Shown: positions 40,538-53,826 of the stretch, piece after piece
Layout: each line of letters starts with the position of its first letter
How positions within the stretch are numbered: the stretch's first letter is position 1
Assembly: GCA_001661245.1 (NCBI GenBank)
Contig: KV454018.1
Location: 1 to 64,000, forward strand
Direction of reading: 5' to 3'
DNA: 64,000 nt
DNA from: Pachysolen tannophilus NRRL Y-2460
Taxonomy: Eukaryota
Made by a program: the position numbers and the translations under genes
Notes under the pieces: model-generated
The model's input: only the letters and a program-made list of their open reading frames with translations
Databases searched by the model: none
Told to the model about the DNA's origin: nothing

Positions 40538-42982
40538 TCAGATCAACTCTTCTTTATCGAGGCCAAATATTCTGAGGGAGCAGTCATCACTAGCACAGGC
40601 TAGAAGTATCTTGGAAGTGACAGTACTGAATCCTAATCTGTTTATTCTTCCATCTGGAACTATATCTGAATGGAAAGATTGTAACAATTTAAATTCTTTA
40701 TTCTCATCGACCGAGTATATCAGAATATCTCCTTTTTCAAAACCAATGGCCAAGATTACTTTGTTAAAGACCGTGTATGGTAGTGAAGCTATTGAAGTGA
40801 CTGCATCTGTTAATTTCAATTGAGCCAAAGATGAAGTACCTTCTGGTGTAGTTTCCCACATTTTAACAGATTTATCTCTTGAAGAAGTGAAAAACATATT
40901 TTCACTATAAGATGATGGTGGCCAACAGCAATCCCAAAGAATTCTAGAATGAGCTTTTTCTTGTAACGTAACCAATTCCAAATTTAATCCTTGTGGATCT
41001 TCTTCAGTGAAATTTCTTTTCCAAAGTGAGAATTGTCTATCTCTTGAAACACTTAATAAATATTTATTATTTGGAGAAAAAACTAACCTTGTTATTGTTA
41101 AATTATGACCTTTCAAAATTTGTAATTGCTGCCAAGTATCACAACTGAAAATTCGTATGATTGCATGCTGCAGTGAATTAGATCTACAAGCAGAAGCAAT
41201 CAATTTTTTATCTGGAGATGTTGCAACTGTGGTTATTTCATAACCATGCCCATAAAGTTTTTCAATTTCTGGGAACAATGTATGACGTTGTAAAATATCT
41301 TCTAAAGGTGGTTTCTCCAATGACGATATGACGTCGTAAGCAACATTTTCATGATCTTCATCATCTTCTAAATTTTGTCTTTCTGCTCCATCAATACTAT
41401 CTTCTCCTTTATCCAGTAGCTTATGTTCCCCATTTGAAGTTGAAGAAATGTTTTCAGCTTTATTAGACAATCCCAATACAGGTAAAGATGCACTTTGAGC
41501 CATACCTTCAGTATTTTCCTTTTTAATACCACATAATTTTTCCAACATCAATGAAATCGATTTTGGTTCTTCAAATGATCTCAATATCTTTTCATCAGCA
41601 CCAGAAATGAATCTTGTATTAGAAATAGTAGCTATGCATATCATATCATAACCATGAATCTGCGGTCTTGCAAATTCATGCCATGAAGAAAATTTTCCAT
41701 GCAACCATTTTGCAAATAATCTTGTTGTCTGATCTAAAGATGTAACTAATAAATAATCTCCATTTTCGGACCATGATAAATCAGTCACAGGTTTAATTGA
41801 ACCTGTTACTGCAAGCTCTTGATCCCAGATGATATCGTCTTCAGTAGTATTATTGACCCAACATCTAAATGATCCAGTTTTACCATTAGTTAAAATATAT
41901 TCTTTTCCTTCATTGAATATCCATAATCCAGACCAAAACCCACCAGAAGCACCAGTTGCAGTAGAAGCACCTTTAATACTGAGTTCACCTAATCTAACTT
42001 TGGAAATCCAAATTCCACTAATCGAATCAGGCTCCCATAACATAACTGAAGTATCTGAAGATGATGATAATAACTGTAATTTTGTTGGATGCCAAATCAA
42101 TGATGAAATCCAATCATCATGTCCCATAATTATAGCATCAAAATTTATAGCAACTTTTGAAGACTCTTGCTCAACATCAAACTTATATTGCTTGTTCGAT
42201 AAAAGTGTCAATTTAGAACTATCTTCATCCGAATTATCTATGGCATCATTAATTCTTAATTTCCATAATCTGATATATCTATCCTGAGAACCACTTGCGA
42301 TTAACCAATTATCCGCACTCTCTTTCTTGAAAGCAATCGCTTTAATCCAATCTTCATGACCATGTAATGCAGCTCCACGGTTAAATGAAAGAAGCCTTTC
42401 CCCATCATATGCAAAAGCATATACATGTAAAAAAGTATCAGTACCTCCAACTGTTAATACAAAAGAATTTTTTTCCAAATGTTCCATTGCCAATGCTAAA
42501 GGATAAAATCCTGTTTTAACTTTGAAAGTTTTCAATTTTTCAACTTCATTTGACTCATTTAACAGCCATATTATAATATCACCATTAGAATCACCAGTAC
42601 TGAAAATTTTATAATTTTTCACCACACTAATACAAGTTACACTATGAGTATGATCGGTTAAAGTCTTGATCAATTTAAAATTTGAACCTTGATTAAATTC
42701 AAATCCACCTGTAAACTCCCAAATATTAACAGTAGAATCCTCAGAAGTCGAAAGAAGAAAATTGGAATCTGGTATCCATTTAACAGCAATAACATTCTTT
42801 GTATGTTTTTTCAAAGTCAGCAAGACACCTCTATAATTCCCAAATGGATTCCATATTGAAATTGTATTATTAGAACCAAAGGCTACCAACTGTAATCTAT
42901 CATTATAATCAGAAATCTGCAACTGTCTATTACAACCAACAACTATAGATTCCACTTCCACCATCTTAGTTCTATTGACCAT
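40538..42982 (-). CDS. ELP2: Elongator complex subunit 2 (WD40)
   Basis: GHEDWI, ASGSQDRYIRLW, MGHDDWISS, HEFARPQIHGYD and FPEIEKLYGHGYE motifs. Confidence 0.97.
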   Translation of the reverse strand: MVNRTKMVEVESIVVGCNRQLQISDYNDRLQLVAFGSNNTISIWNPFGNYRGVLLTLKKHTKNVIAVKWIPDSNFLLSTSEDSTVNIWEFTGGFEFNQGSNFKLIKTLTDHTHSVTCISVVKNYKIFSTGDSNGDIIIWLLNESNEVEKLKTFKVKTGFYPLALAMEHLEKNSFVLTVGGTDTFLHVYAFAYDGERLLSFNRGAALHGHEDWIKAIAFKKESADNWLIASGSQDRYIRLWKLRINDAIDNSDEDSSKLTLLSNKQYKFDVEQESSKVAINFDAIIMGHDDWISSLIWHPTKLQLLSSSSDTSVMLWEPDSISGIWISKVRLGELSIKGASTATGASGGFWSGLWIFNEGKEYILTNGKTGSFRCWVNNTTEDDIIWDQELAVTGSIKPVTDLSWSENGDYLLVTSLDQTTRLFAKWLHGKFSSWHEFARPQIHGYDMICIATISNTRFISGADEKILRSFEEPKSISLMLEKLCGIKKENTEGMAQSASLPVLGLSNKAENISSTSNGEHKLLDKGEDSIDGAERQNLEDDEDHENVAYDVISSLEKPPLEDILQRHTLFPEIEKLYGHGYEITTVATSPDKKLIASACRSNSLQHAIIRIFSCDTWQQLQILKGHNLTITRLVFSPNNKYLLSVSRDRQFSLWKRNFTEEDPQGLNLELVTLQEKAHSRILWDCCWPPSSYSENMFFTSSRDKSVKMWETTPEGTSSLAQLKLTDAVTSIASLPYTVFNKVILAIGFEKGDILIYSVDENKEFKLLQSFHSDIVPDGRINRLGFSTVTSKILLACASDDCSLRIFGLDKEELI

Positions 42983-43044
42983 AAACCATTATCTTAAGTA
43001 CTAATTTTCAATCAGTTTTCATTTAAAAAATATCGAGAGATTAA

Positions 43045-43064
43045 AAAAATTTTCAAGAGATGAG
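43045..43064. promoter_or_regulatory. RRPE and PAC elements upstream of ELP2
   Basis: AAAATTTTCA (reverse TGAAAATTTT) ending at 43055 and GAGATGAG at 43057-43064, ~60-80 bp from the ATG. Confidence 0.65.
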
Positions 43065-43378
43065 CCAAATCCAGTAAAAACCAATTAATTTCATAAATTT
43101 CCTATTTAGGAAGTCAAAAGTAATTATTGGTATTATTCATCCATTGCACCAAGAAATTTCACCATTTACAACGGAAACAACTGGATTCAATATTGTATTC
43201 TGTTTTTTTTTTTTTTTGAAGCTTTAGTTATATCATTTAGTCATATGAAATCAAAAGATTAAAAGATTATATAAAACGGAGGGAAAAAAAAAAAAAAAAA
43301 AAGAAAAAATTTTTAAAATAAGATAAAACCTATAAACAAGATAAAATTTTGCTGCGAAATTTTCGATGTTCACAATGT

Positions 43379-45091
43379 TTAAAACATACCTGGCATGCCA
43401 CCCATGCCACCCATGCCACCTGCTGGTGGAGCTGGGCCCTTTGGTTCTGGAGCATCGACGATAGCACATTCAGTAGTAGCTAATAAGGAAGCAACACCTG
43501 AAGCATCAACTAAACCATTTCTGACAACTTTGAATGGATCAATGATACCTGCTTTAATCATGTCAACGTATTCACCTTTGGCTGAGTCATAACCTTTGTT
43601 GAAGTCTGCACCGTAGTCTTCGATGACTTTACCAACAATAACTGAACCTTCTTCACCTGCGTTATCAACAATTTTTTTAGCTGGTTTAGTGATTGCATTC
43701 TTAATGATATCAACACCTAATTTTTGGTCAAAGTTGTCGACTTGAACATCTTTTAAGATCTTGACAGATTTTAACAAAGCAGTACCACCACCTGGTAAGA
43801 TACCTTCTTGGACAGCAGCTCTAGTAGCGTTCAAAGCATCATCATAACGATCTTTCTTTTCGCTAACTTCAACTTCTGAAGAACCACCTACTCTAACAAC
43901 GGCAACACCTCCAGATAATTTAGCAAGTCTTTCTTGTAATTTTTCCTTTTCATATTCTGAAGTTGATGGATCTTCCAGAACACCTCTAATTTGTTCACAA
44001 CGTTGAGAAATCATATCTTTTGAACCTTCACCGTTTAAGATAACAGTATCTTCTTTAGTAATAGTTACTGAACCAGCACTACCTAATAATTCTAAAGTGG
44101 CACTTTCTGGTTTTAAATCTAATTCTTCTGTAAAGACGGTACCATTAGATAAGATGGCAATATCACCCAAGATATTCTTTCTGTTATCACCAAAACCTGG
44201 AGCCTTGACAGCAGCAACTTGAACTTGACCTCTTAACTTGTTCAAGATACAAGCAGCTAAGGCCTCACCATCGATATCTTCAGCAATGATGAGTAATGGT
44301 TTTCTTGTCTTATTTGATAATTCCAATGAAGGTAAGACATCTTGAATAGTAGAGATTTTCTTTTCAGATAATAAGATTAATGGATTTTCAAATTCAACTT
44401 TCCCTGATTTAGTATCAGTGATAAAATAAGGTGAAATAAAACCACGATCAAATCTCATACCTTCAGTAACTTCTAATTCATCTTCTAAAGTTTTACCTTC
44501 TTTAACAGTGATAACACCTTCCTTACCAACTTTTTCCATAGCCTTGGCCAATAACAGACCAATGTGAGTATCACCATTTGCAGAAATAGTAGCAACTTGA
44601 GCAATTTCTTCAGAAGTTGTAATTTCTTTTTTATTTTGTGATAAATATTTAACAATAGCATCAACAGCTTTTTGAGAACCTCTTCTTAAATCCATTGGAT
44701 TACAACCTGCAGCAACATTCTTAACAGATTCGGTGAAAATAGATCTACCCAAGACAGTTGCAGAAGTAGTACCATCACCAGCACTTTCATTAGTCTTGGA
44801 AGCAACATCTTGTAATAATCTTGCACCCAAATTTTCAAATTTATCCTTTAAAACAATCGATTTAGCAACAGTAACACCATCTTTAGTAATCTTTGGTGCT
44901 CCAAATGGCTGCTCAATCAAAACATTTCTACCCTTTGGACCTAAAGTGACTGCAACAGCATCACCTAAAGTTTCAACACCTTTTAATAAAGCAGCTCTAC
45001 CTTCAACACCAAATTTTAATTCCTTATGGGAATAATTACGGACTAAAGATAAAGAAACCTTCTTCAATTGGGGACGGGCAAATCTCAACAT
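43379..45091 (-). CDS. HSP60: Mitochondrial chaperonin 60
   Basis: [22 protein letters not shown] and GGM tail. Confidence 0.99.
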   Translation of the reverse strand: MLRFARPQLKKVSLSLVRNYSHKELKFGVEGRAALLKGVETLGDAVAVTLGPKGRNVLIEQPFGAPKITKDGVTVAKSIVLKDKFENLGARLLQDVASKTNESAGDGTTSATVLGRSIFTESVKNVAAGCNPMDLRRGSQKAVDAIVKYLSQNKKEITTSEEIAQVATISANGDTHIGLLLAKAMEKVGKEGVITVKEGKTLEDELEVTEGMRFDRGFISPYFITDTKSGKVEFENPLILLSEKKISTIQDVLPSLELSNKTRKPLLIIAEDIDGEALAACILNKLRGQVQVAAVKAPGFGDNRKNILGDIAILSNGTVFTEELDLKPESATLELLGSAGSVTITKEDTVILNGEGSKDMISQRCEQIRGVLEDPSTSEYEKEKLQERLAKLSGGVAVVRVGGSSEVEVSEKKDRYDDALNATRAAVQEGILPGGGTALLKSVKILKDVQVDNFDQKLGVDIIKNAITKPAKKIVDNAGEEGSVIVGKVIEDYGADFNKGYDSAKGEYVDMIKAGIIDPFKVVRNGLVDASGVASLLATTECAIVDAPEPKGPAPPAGGMGGMGGMPGMF

Positions 45092-45254
45092 TATCTAAAT
45101 GGATCTTATACTTATATCTTCTTCTTTTTTTTTTTTTCTTTCTTTCTAATTCTATTTCGAAATTATTTCTCAATAGATTGGAATGAATATTTTTTAAAAT
45201 AATTATATTTTATATGTCAACCTTGGGGAAACGTTCAAATTTTTCAAAATGATC

Positions 45255-45267
45255 GAAACTTCTCGAA
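45255..45267. promoter_or_regulatory. Heat shock element upstream of HSP60
   Basis: Perfect GAAacTTCtcGAA ~165 bp upstream of the ATG. Confidence 0.75.
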
Positions 45268-45656
45268 ATCCGAAATTTTTCACTTCAAAATTTTTTTTTG
45301 AAAAATTGAGCGAAAAACCTATATTAACCGGAAACGATGAGTATATGAAAACAGAAGAGATACCAAAAGAGATACTAGAAGAAAGAGAGAGTTATTACAG
45401 TATATTTTCTAAAAAGTGTATTGTATATATGTTGTTCTATTTATGAATATATGCTAGAAGGCGGGATTCGAAAGAGAGTAATGGAGTATTGTTTTTTTTT
45501 AAATTGTAAAATTGTGATTTATAGCGACAATTGTCCAGAGTACTTCCAGCACTTTAACCACTTAGAAACAAATAATGGGTGTAGTGTAAAACGTGTGTGT
45601 ATGTGTGTGTGTTTTTTCTCTCTTTCTTTTTCAGGTTTAGAAGTTTGGGTATTAGA

Positions 45657-48008
45657 TTAAGTAATTCTCCAAGTTTTAATCCATTCAAGATGTTTATAGT
45701 TTTCCTTTTTCCCAACCATACCAAAACAAATTGGACTGAAAACCCAGAAACACCACACTACACTTGAAATTCCTATGGCATAAATTATTAACTTTAACAC
45801 AAAAAGATATCTGTTCTTTAGTTTATGTTTCAAGTTTTTGAAGAAATATTCAACCAAGAATGCATTTTCAAATATAGCAAAATAAAGTGCTGGTTCATAA
45901 TGATGAACATATGTAACTCTTGACATTATTGCAAAAGGGAAAAAATTTAAACTCCATCCTAATATTGGGAAAACACCTGCTATAATGTAAAACCATAATT
46001 CTTCTTCTGTATAATTCAAATTTTGTCTTTGCCATTGGAAAATTTTGTATAAAGTTAACAATGAAAATATTATTAAAGACAATGTTGAAGACCAAGTAGT
46101 TATTGGATTAGATAAGAGAAAATATCTTGTTGCAGAATTTGCCCATCCACACATTCTAAGACCAACATGTAATATTGGCCATTCCCATGCTGAACTTGCT
46201 AATTCATCTAATTTATCATAATCAGGGACCAATGCATTATTAGAAGCAGCCATTGCTAAATTTATCATTACAAAATCTCTCCAAAATTTAGATTTTGGTG
46301 GAGTATACAATAAATCTTTTTCTAAATTCATTTCAAATGCTAAATTTTCATGATCCTCAATATTCCACCAAGTTGATTTATCTCTTTTAAACCATGAGTC
46401 TTTACAAACAACTTCACCTTGAGAAAATCCCCAACTTGGATAAGCATACCCAGTTGTAGCTAAATAACAACCTAAAACCTTATTTCTTAATCTAAATGAA
46501 GTAGAAATTGGATGAACAATTTCATTAAATTCATCAGAATTTTCATATAATTTGGAATAAGTTTTATTTGGTGATTTTAATTGTTCTACAATTTCAATAA
46601 TCCAATCATCTTTTTCATCTCCAACCAATAAATTCCCATAACCAGAACATTCATAATATCTTTTAGAAATAGGTGCTTCAATAGCATGTGAATGTAAATT
46701 TGCCTTTGTATAATCATGATTTAATCTTATAATGCTACCTTCAACAATTTTTTCATATGATGTTAAATTTGCATAAGTATCTGGATTAATTTGAACTTTT
46801 GAAGTTCTTGGATAATGTATGATCCAATTATTATTATCATCTTTATAAGCATATGTTGTAATTTGTTGTTGATTTGAACCTTCTGGGTATGTTTGAACAT
46901 GTGAATGTAATAAATTTGGAGTTAAACCTTGAGATCTAATTGATATTTTAGAACCAAAATATAATTCTCTTGGCGATTTTTCAATATCATTATCTTCTAA
47001 ATTAACTTGGAAAAGTGTTGACATTGATTTAGAACCTTCGCCATTTTTATATAATAATGAAAAATGAATTTTGAAACAAAACAAATAAAACAAAATTGGT
47101 ATCAATATTAAAGTAAATATTCTTATTATCCAATGTAATAAATATTTTTTTCTTGATAATGTTAAATCATAATGTTTTGTTGCAAGATCTAAAATTGTAT
47201 ATAAACCAAATAATATGGTTACAAATAAACCAACCCATTTAACACTACAAACACATCCAACAGAAATACCAGATAAAATTAACCATGAATACCATTTAAA
47301 AGTAAATTCTTTATTAGATTTACGTAATTGATGAATTTTTGTAAGACAATAAAAAGTTGTTGCTGTGAAAAATAATAACATTGAATCCAATAATATAAAT
47401 TTTGATAATGCAACATAAGAAGTTTCATAAATAACCATTATTGCAACAAGCCAATTTGTTAATATACCAAAACCAAGAGTTTTCGAAGTATAATATGCCA
47501 ATGGAGCAACAAATACACTAAATAAAGAATTAAATTTTCTCATTGCTACAAAATCAACATATTCTGGATAAGCTTTACCTGATTCAAAATCAAATGAACC
47601 ATTATAATTTGCTAAATACCCACTAAGACCAATCAACATCTTCCCTAAAACTGGATGAACATCATGATAAAAAGTATGTTTCAAATATTGAGATCCAAAT
47701 TTCCCAAAATGGGCCTCATCCCAAACAACATTTTTAGATTTATCAATTTCGAAAAATCTAACTTGTAATGATAAATACGTTATTAATATAGGAGCAATTA
47801 CTGATTCCAAAAATTTCATTATTTTACACAACTGGCTACTATGCCCCAACTTCAATTTCTCAATTTTTTTCTCCCCATTTGAAATTTCTTGAGAATTGAT
47901 CGTCCCCACATCTTCCTGATAATTATGTCTTTTTCTCAAATGTGAAGAATTACCAATCATAGACACACCGGTAGATAAATTAAAATCATCATTATTTTGT
48001 AAAGACAT
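45657..48008 (-). CDS. PMT6: Dolichyl-phosphate-mannose protein O-mannosyltransferase, PMT2 subfamily (PMT6-like)
   Basis: VVWDEAHFGKFG, HDVHP.LGKML, SVKWVG, MIR repeats (LHSH) and RVTYVHHY; subfamily call partly from proximity to ELP2. Confidence 0.8.
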   Translation of the reverse strand: MSLQNNDDFNLSTGVSMIGNSSHLRKRHNYQEDVGTINSQEISNGEKKIEKLKLGHSSQLCKIMKFLESVIAPILITYLSLQVRFFEIDKSKNVVWDEAHFGKFGSQYLKHTFYHDVHPVLGKMLIGLSGYLANYNGSFDFESGKAYPEYVDFVAMRKFNSLFSVFVAPLAYYTSKTLGFGILTNWLVAIMVIYETSYVALSKFILLDSMLLFFTATTFYCLTKIHQLRKSNKEFTFKWYSWLILSGISVGCVCSVKWVGLFVTILFGLYTILDLATKHYDLTLSRKKYLLHWIIRIFTLILIPILFYLFCFKIHFSLLYKNGEGSKSMSTLFQVNLEDNDIEKSPRELYFGSKISIRSQGLTPNLLHSHVQTYPEGSNQQQITTYAYKDDNNNWIIHYPRTSKVQINPDTYANLTSYEKIVEGSIIRLNHDYTKANLHSHAIEAPISKRYYECSGYGNLLVGDEKDDWIIEIVEQLKSPNKTYSKLYENSDEFNEIVHPISTSFRLRNKVLGCYLATTGYAYPSWGFSQGEVVCKDSWFKRDKSTWWNIEDHENLAFEMNLEKDLLYTPPKSKFWRDFVMINLAMAASNNALVPDYDKLDELASSAWEWPILHVGLRMCGWANSATRYFLLSNPITTWSSTLSLIIFSLLTLYKIFQWQRQNLNYTEEELWFYIIAGVFPILGWSLNFFPFAIMSRVTYVHHYEPALYFAIFENAFLVEYFFKNLKHKLKNRYLFVLKLIIYAIGISSVVWCFWVFSPICFGMVGKKENYKHLEWIKTWRIT

Positions 48009-48850
48009 ATCTCCTCCAACTCAAAAAAAAAAAAACTTTTTTTGAAAATTCAAACTCTATCTCTAATTGAAAACAACAACTTTCACCTACAGTCTATTTT
48101 CCCAACGGTCTCCAAGAAATTATAACATCAATCTCGTAAAGATTGCATGTATAGTAGTATATAATTCACTGTAAAGAGATCTTCACTATACTACGTGTTG
48201 TCGAGTGACAGAGCGACATACGCCTACTTTTTTTTGTATGACGAAATCCTTTTTTTTTCTTCCTATTTCAAAACTTGGAAACGCTTATCTTCTCCTACTA
48301 GGCAATGGCTCTTATACATCTTCTCCAGGCGGAAAAGTTCCAATTTTTTTTTAATTTTTTTCAGTTTTTTGTTGATTTCAGACACGATAAGGCCAAAAAA
48401 AGCGGACAAAAAGAAAAAGATAAAGACAAAAAGAAAAAGGTACATACATACATGAATAAGCTCATCTCTTACATATGTGCACATATTTAATACCCCAAAT
48501 GCATTTAAGAATCAAGAAGCAAGAATCGAGATTTATCTTGTTTATTGGTATTTAAAATTTCAATTATTCAACAAAGTTTTATGAATTTGAATGACGCTGC
48601 AAAAGGGGGAAGCACGTAGTGTCATATATAATTTTTCTTACTTTTTATTTTTTTTCTTGTTTCTTTTTGTCCGCTTTTATTCCTTAGCTTTTTAGACAGT
48701 GCCTGAATTGTAAATTTAAAAAATCATCAGATTCTTTTTTTTTTTTTTTTTAGGCTTTTGTATAGCTTATAGTTAGTTTTACGCAAACACTGCTCCGAAA
48801 GTTTAAAAATGGAATAATAAAATTGAGGTTGCCCACGATGGGGTTATTAA

Positions 48851-48881
<31 letters not shown>

Positions 48882-49275
48882 TAATAATTATTTCATTAAT
48901 TGTTGTCGGAACAATGTGATGCCGCATTTACCGACTACTGTAAAACTTTTTAATAACCCTAGAACTTTCTGTTATATTACGTGTTACCCACATCATGCTA
49001 TCTCCTTTATCCGGTCTCTTGGTCTCTTGACTAAACCCAATTTCCATTAGCTTTGTTTTCCTTTGGTTTAAGGTACTAAGTTTTTCAAACCACCAAGGTA
49101 ATTGGTAAGCAGTATTTTGAAATATAAAAGGAACCAATTATATCGTATTTGGTATAAAGTAATTTCAATTTGTTTTTTTTTAAAATTCTACAAAGACTTA
49201 CTTATCTTATATATAAATATATATAAAATATAGAATATAAAGTATAAAATATTATTTTTTTGAAATTAATTTTAA

Positions 49276-50283
<1,008 letters not shown>

Positions 50284-50888
50284 ACTCAAAATTTTTTTTC
50301 TTTTCTACTTTTTCATTAATGCTTTTTTTTTTTAATTTAATTTAATTCTCTCAACTTTTATTTTTTTTTTTTTTATTCTTTTATATTCTTTTTTATCTTC
50401 TTTTTTTTTTTACAAGTCTTTAGGGTTTTACAATTCATTCATACTAATAAAGTGACATTTTTTTATTATTTTTCACATCTTTTGTTATCAATTGTAGATC
50501 ATATAGATAGTATATAAAGCTAAAAGAATGAAATGGTGCTGAAAATGGAACTGGTGCTGCAAAATGATGCACCATTTGGAACATCCTTCATATAAGAAAG
50601 AAAACAGCAACAAAACACAGTCGTGCACAAAAGATCAAATTTGAGGTTTCATCAAATCTTTTCATAGAATTGATTGGGTAAGTTTTTAGGTGTGGCCACG
50701 AAACATCAACTTTTAGTACTAATAATTAATAAAATAAATAGTTATATCAGGAATTCAAATTGTTGATTGCATCAATTCATATTGAAGGATAGGATTCTTG
50801 TAAAGTATTGATTGATTGATTGATTGATTCAATATATTAGAAAAAAAAATTGAATAGAGGATAGAAGATTTAATAGAAAAGTGAACTG

Positions 50889-51572
50889 ATGTCAGAAAAA
50901 TTTCCTGCTTTACAAGGAGTTGGAGATGAAAATCTAGACCAAGAAGATTCAACTCAGTCTGATTTTCTTTCAAGAGAAAAACAATTACTTGGTGATGAAT
51001 TTGCAACAGATAAGGATGCGGATTTGATTAAGCAAGCGCAGGATGATGAAGAAGAAGATGATGAAGAAGTTCGAAATTTCGAAAATCAATTTCCGGATGT
51101 TAATGGTGAAAATCAACATGCTGAAGCTGAGCAAGATGATGATGAATATGATGATTTTAAAGGTGAAAAAGGTCTGGAGAGTAATACTTTCCAACATTCA
51201 TCCCAGATTTTGAATAAAGAAGATTCAATTCCGTTAAAAGAATGGAAAGAAAGAAGAGATTTGGAAATATCTAAAAGAGATGAAATTGCAAAGGCAAAAG
51301 CACTGGATATTAAGAAAAAAGCACAACAAGGAATTGATGATTTTTATGAAAGCTATAATAACAAGAAACAAGTTGGTATTGAAAATACGAGGAAAAGAGA
51401 AACTGAATTCTTGGAAAAAAGAGATAAATTTATTGAAAAAGGTACTATTTGGTCAAGATCAGTTGAATTATTGGAATTGAAAAGTGATAAGAAAGATGAT
51501 GATAGATTTAAACAATTGTTATTAAAATTAAGCAAAGACGAAAATGCACCAGGTGCTGCTGGTTACCAATGA
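50889..51572 (+). CDS. CLC1: Clathrin light chain
   Basis: MSEKFP, DFLSREKQLLGDEF, KEWKERRDLEI, GTIW and APGAAGY motifs. Confidence 0.93.
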   Translation: MSEKFPALQGVGDENLDQEDSTQSDFLSREKQLLGDEFATDKDADLIKQAQDDEEEDDEEVRNFENQFPDVNGENQHAEAEQDDDEYDDFKGEKGLESNTFQHSSQILNKEDSIPLKEWKERRDLEISKRDEIAKAKALDIKKKAQQGIDDFYESYNNKKQVGIENTRKRETEFLEKRDKFIEKGTIWSRSVELLELKSDKKDDDRFKQLLLKLSKDENAPGAAGYQ

Positions 51573-51897
51573 TATATATCAATATATATTTATATATATA
51601 TATATATATATATATTCGTTTTGTAATTGCAGTAATTTAACTAGTTGTATTGTTTATGTTTAGGGTTACTTTTTTTTTTTTCTTTTGTTCTTGTTTTCTC
51701 CTCAGTTTTCACACTTGTTATAAAGCTAATGGATTCTTTGTTGTGTTAGTGTTATTTTCATTTTGAAACCATCGTAGATTTTACCGTTTTTTTTTCTCTC
51801 TTTTTCTTTTTGATTATGATAACATAGTCTGAATTTCAAAAAGTATATATATTTATTTATAGCATAAAAAAAAAGAAAAAAAAAAAAAAAAAAAAAA

Positions 51898-52337
51898 NNN
51901 NNNNNNNNNNNNNNNNNNNNNNNNNNNNNNNNNNNNNNNNNNNNNNNNNNNNNNNNNNNNNNNNNNNNNNNNNNNNNNNNNNNNNNNNNNNNNNNNNNNN
52001 NNNNNNNNNNNNNNNNNNNNNNNNNNNNNNNNNNNNNNNNNNNNNNNNNNNNNNNNNNNNNNNNNNNNNNNNNNNNNNNNNNNNNNNNNNNNNNNNNNNN
52101 NNNNNNNNNNNNNNNNNNNNNNNNNNNNNNNNNNNNNNNNNNNNNNNNNNNNNNNNNNNNNNNNNNNNNNNNNNNNNNNNNNNNNNNNNNNNNNNNNNNN
52201 NNNNNNNNNNNNNNNNNNNNNNNNNNNNNNNNNNNNNNNNNNNNNNNNNNNNNNNNNNNNNNNNNNNNNNNNNNNNNNNNNNNNNNNNNNNNNNNNNNNN
52301 NNNNNNNNNNNNNNNNNNNNNNNNNNNNNNNNNNNNN
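51898..52337. other. Assembly gap (N run) with duplicated flanks
   Basis: ~51806-51897 is repeated imperfectly at 52338-~52420. Confidence 0.99.
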
Positions 52338-52437
52338 CTTTTTGTATTATGATAACATAGTCTGAATTTCAAAAAGTAATATATATTATTTATAGCATAA
52401 AAAAAAAAAAAAAAAAAAAAAAACGTTTTCTTACAAA

Positions 52438-53355
52438 CTAGTCAAGCCATTTATTACCGGTTAAAGCTTCATAAGCTTCAACGTATTTCTCTCTGGTTTT
52501 TTTTGCAATTTCCAGTGGCATAGAAACACCTTCCTTACCTTTCAAGTTATTTGAGGTTAACCAGTCTCTTAAAAATTGTTTATCATAACTATCTTGTGAT
52601 CTACCAACAGCATAAGTTGAACTTTTCCAGAACCTTGAAGAATCAGGTGTTAAAGCCTCATCAACCAAGACAATTTCATTATTTTCATCCAAACCAAATT
52701 CAAATTTAGTATCTGCTATTATAATTCCTTTTGTTGTAGCATAATCTCTAGCTTTTGTATATAATTCAATAGCAAGTTTACCAACTTTTTCAGCAATCTC
52801 CTTGCCTGCTATTTCTGCAGCTTTTTCAGGTGAAATATTCTCATCATGTTCTCCTTGTTCAGCTTTAGTTGATGGAGTGAACAATGGTTTTGGAAATTGT
52901 TCACTTTCAACTAAATTTTCATTTTCAATTTTTAAACCATGAACAGTTTTAGTTTTCTTATATTCACTCCAAGCACTACCTGTGATATAACCTCTAACAA
53001 TAACTTCCAAAGGAATCAATTTCAACTTTCTTACTAATAATGATCTACCTTCTAATTGACTCTTGTATTTTGGTTCACTTAATTCTTTTGGTAACTTTGC
53101 AAAAATTTCATCATCCGTAGTTGCAATAATATGTGTAGGAACATATGGTGACAAAAAATTAAACCAAAATGCAGATAACTTGGTTAAAATCTTACCCTTC
53201 AGAGGAACACCATTTTCCATAATAACGTCATAAGCAGAAATTCTATCTGTTGCAACGAATAATAAACTTTGTTCATCTACTTGATATATATCTCTAACCT
53301 TACCTCTAGCAATTAGAGGTAAAATATTATCCAAATCCGTTTTCGCAATTGACAT
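52438..53355 (-). CDS. ADE1: SAICAR synthetase
   Basis: ATG at 53355; GKVRDIY, TDRISAYD, ADTKFEFG, TPDSSRFW and DKQFLRDW motifs; TGACTC at 53498 upstream. Confidence 0.98.
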   Translation of the reverse strand: MSIAKTDLDNILPLIARGKVRDIYQVDEQSLLFVATDRISAYDVIMENGVPLKGKILTKLSAFWFNFLSPYVPTHIIATTDDEIFAKLPKELSEPKYKSQLEGRSLLVRKLKLIPLEVIVRGYITGSAWSEYKKTKTVHGLKIENENLVESEQFPKPLFTPSTKAEQGEHDENISPEKAAEIAGKEIAEKVGKLAIELYTKARDYATTKGIIIADTKFEFGLDENNEIVLVDEALTPDSSRFWKSSTYAVGRSQDSYDKQFLRDWLTSNNLKGKEGVSMPLEIAKKTREKYVEAYEALTGNKWLD

Positions 53356-53592
53356 TTCTTCTTCAACAAAAAACCTCTTAAACCTCAAATACCTGATATC
53401 AAACAGATATGATCAAAGTTGAAAAATTCTTATACTGATCATCAATTTTATAATACCCTCTTTTCTCTATATTATGAAAAATTGCATAAATTTGAATTGA
53501 CTCTGGAAAAACAAAAAATAAAAAAAAAAAATCACAAAAGGTAGTGCTGACAAAATCAATTTTACCGATTTTTACAGCAAATAATAATGTTT

Positions 53593-53615
53593 CCTCTTTA
53601 GGAAAGAAGTAAACA
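53593..53615 (+). promoter_or_regulatory. Composite Mcm1-forkhead (CLB2-cluster-type) element upstream of KIN3
   Basis: CCTCTTTAGG (53593-53602) followed by GTAAACA (53609-53615). Confidence 0.65.
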
Positions 53616-53826
53616 GCCCATTAGAGTTCTTCTTTTGCAGAGTTGCTTAACATGACATCTATTTCTTAAAGTAATGATAAAAATAAAGAGGGAAAAGTTG
53701 ATGAGATACTTTTACTTTTGATTAACATTTTTTTGTGCTTATTTGAAGAGAGAGAAGAAGAAGAAAGAAAAAAAAAAAAAAAAGTCATAGTAGAGTAAAG
53801 ACAATTCATTATTCTTCATTTCGTAA

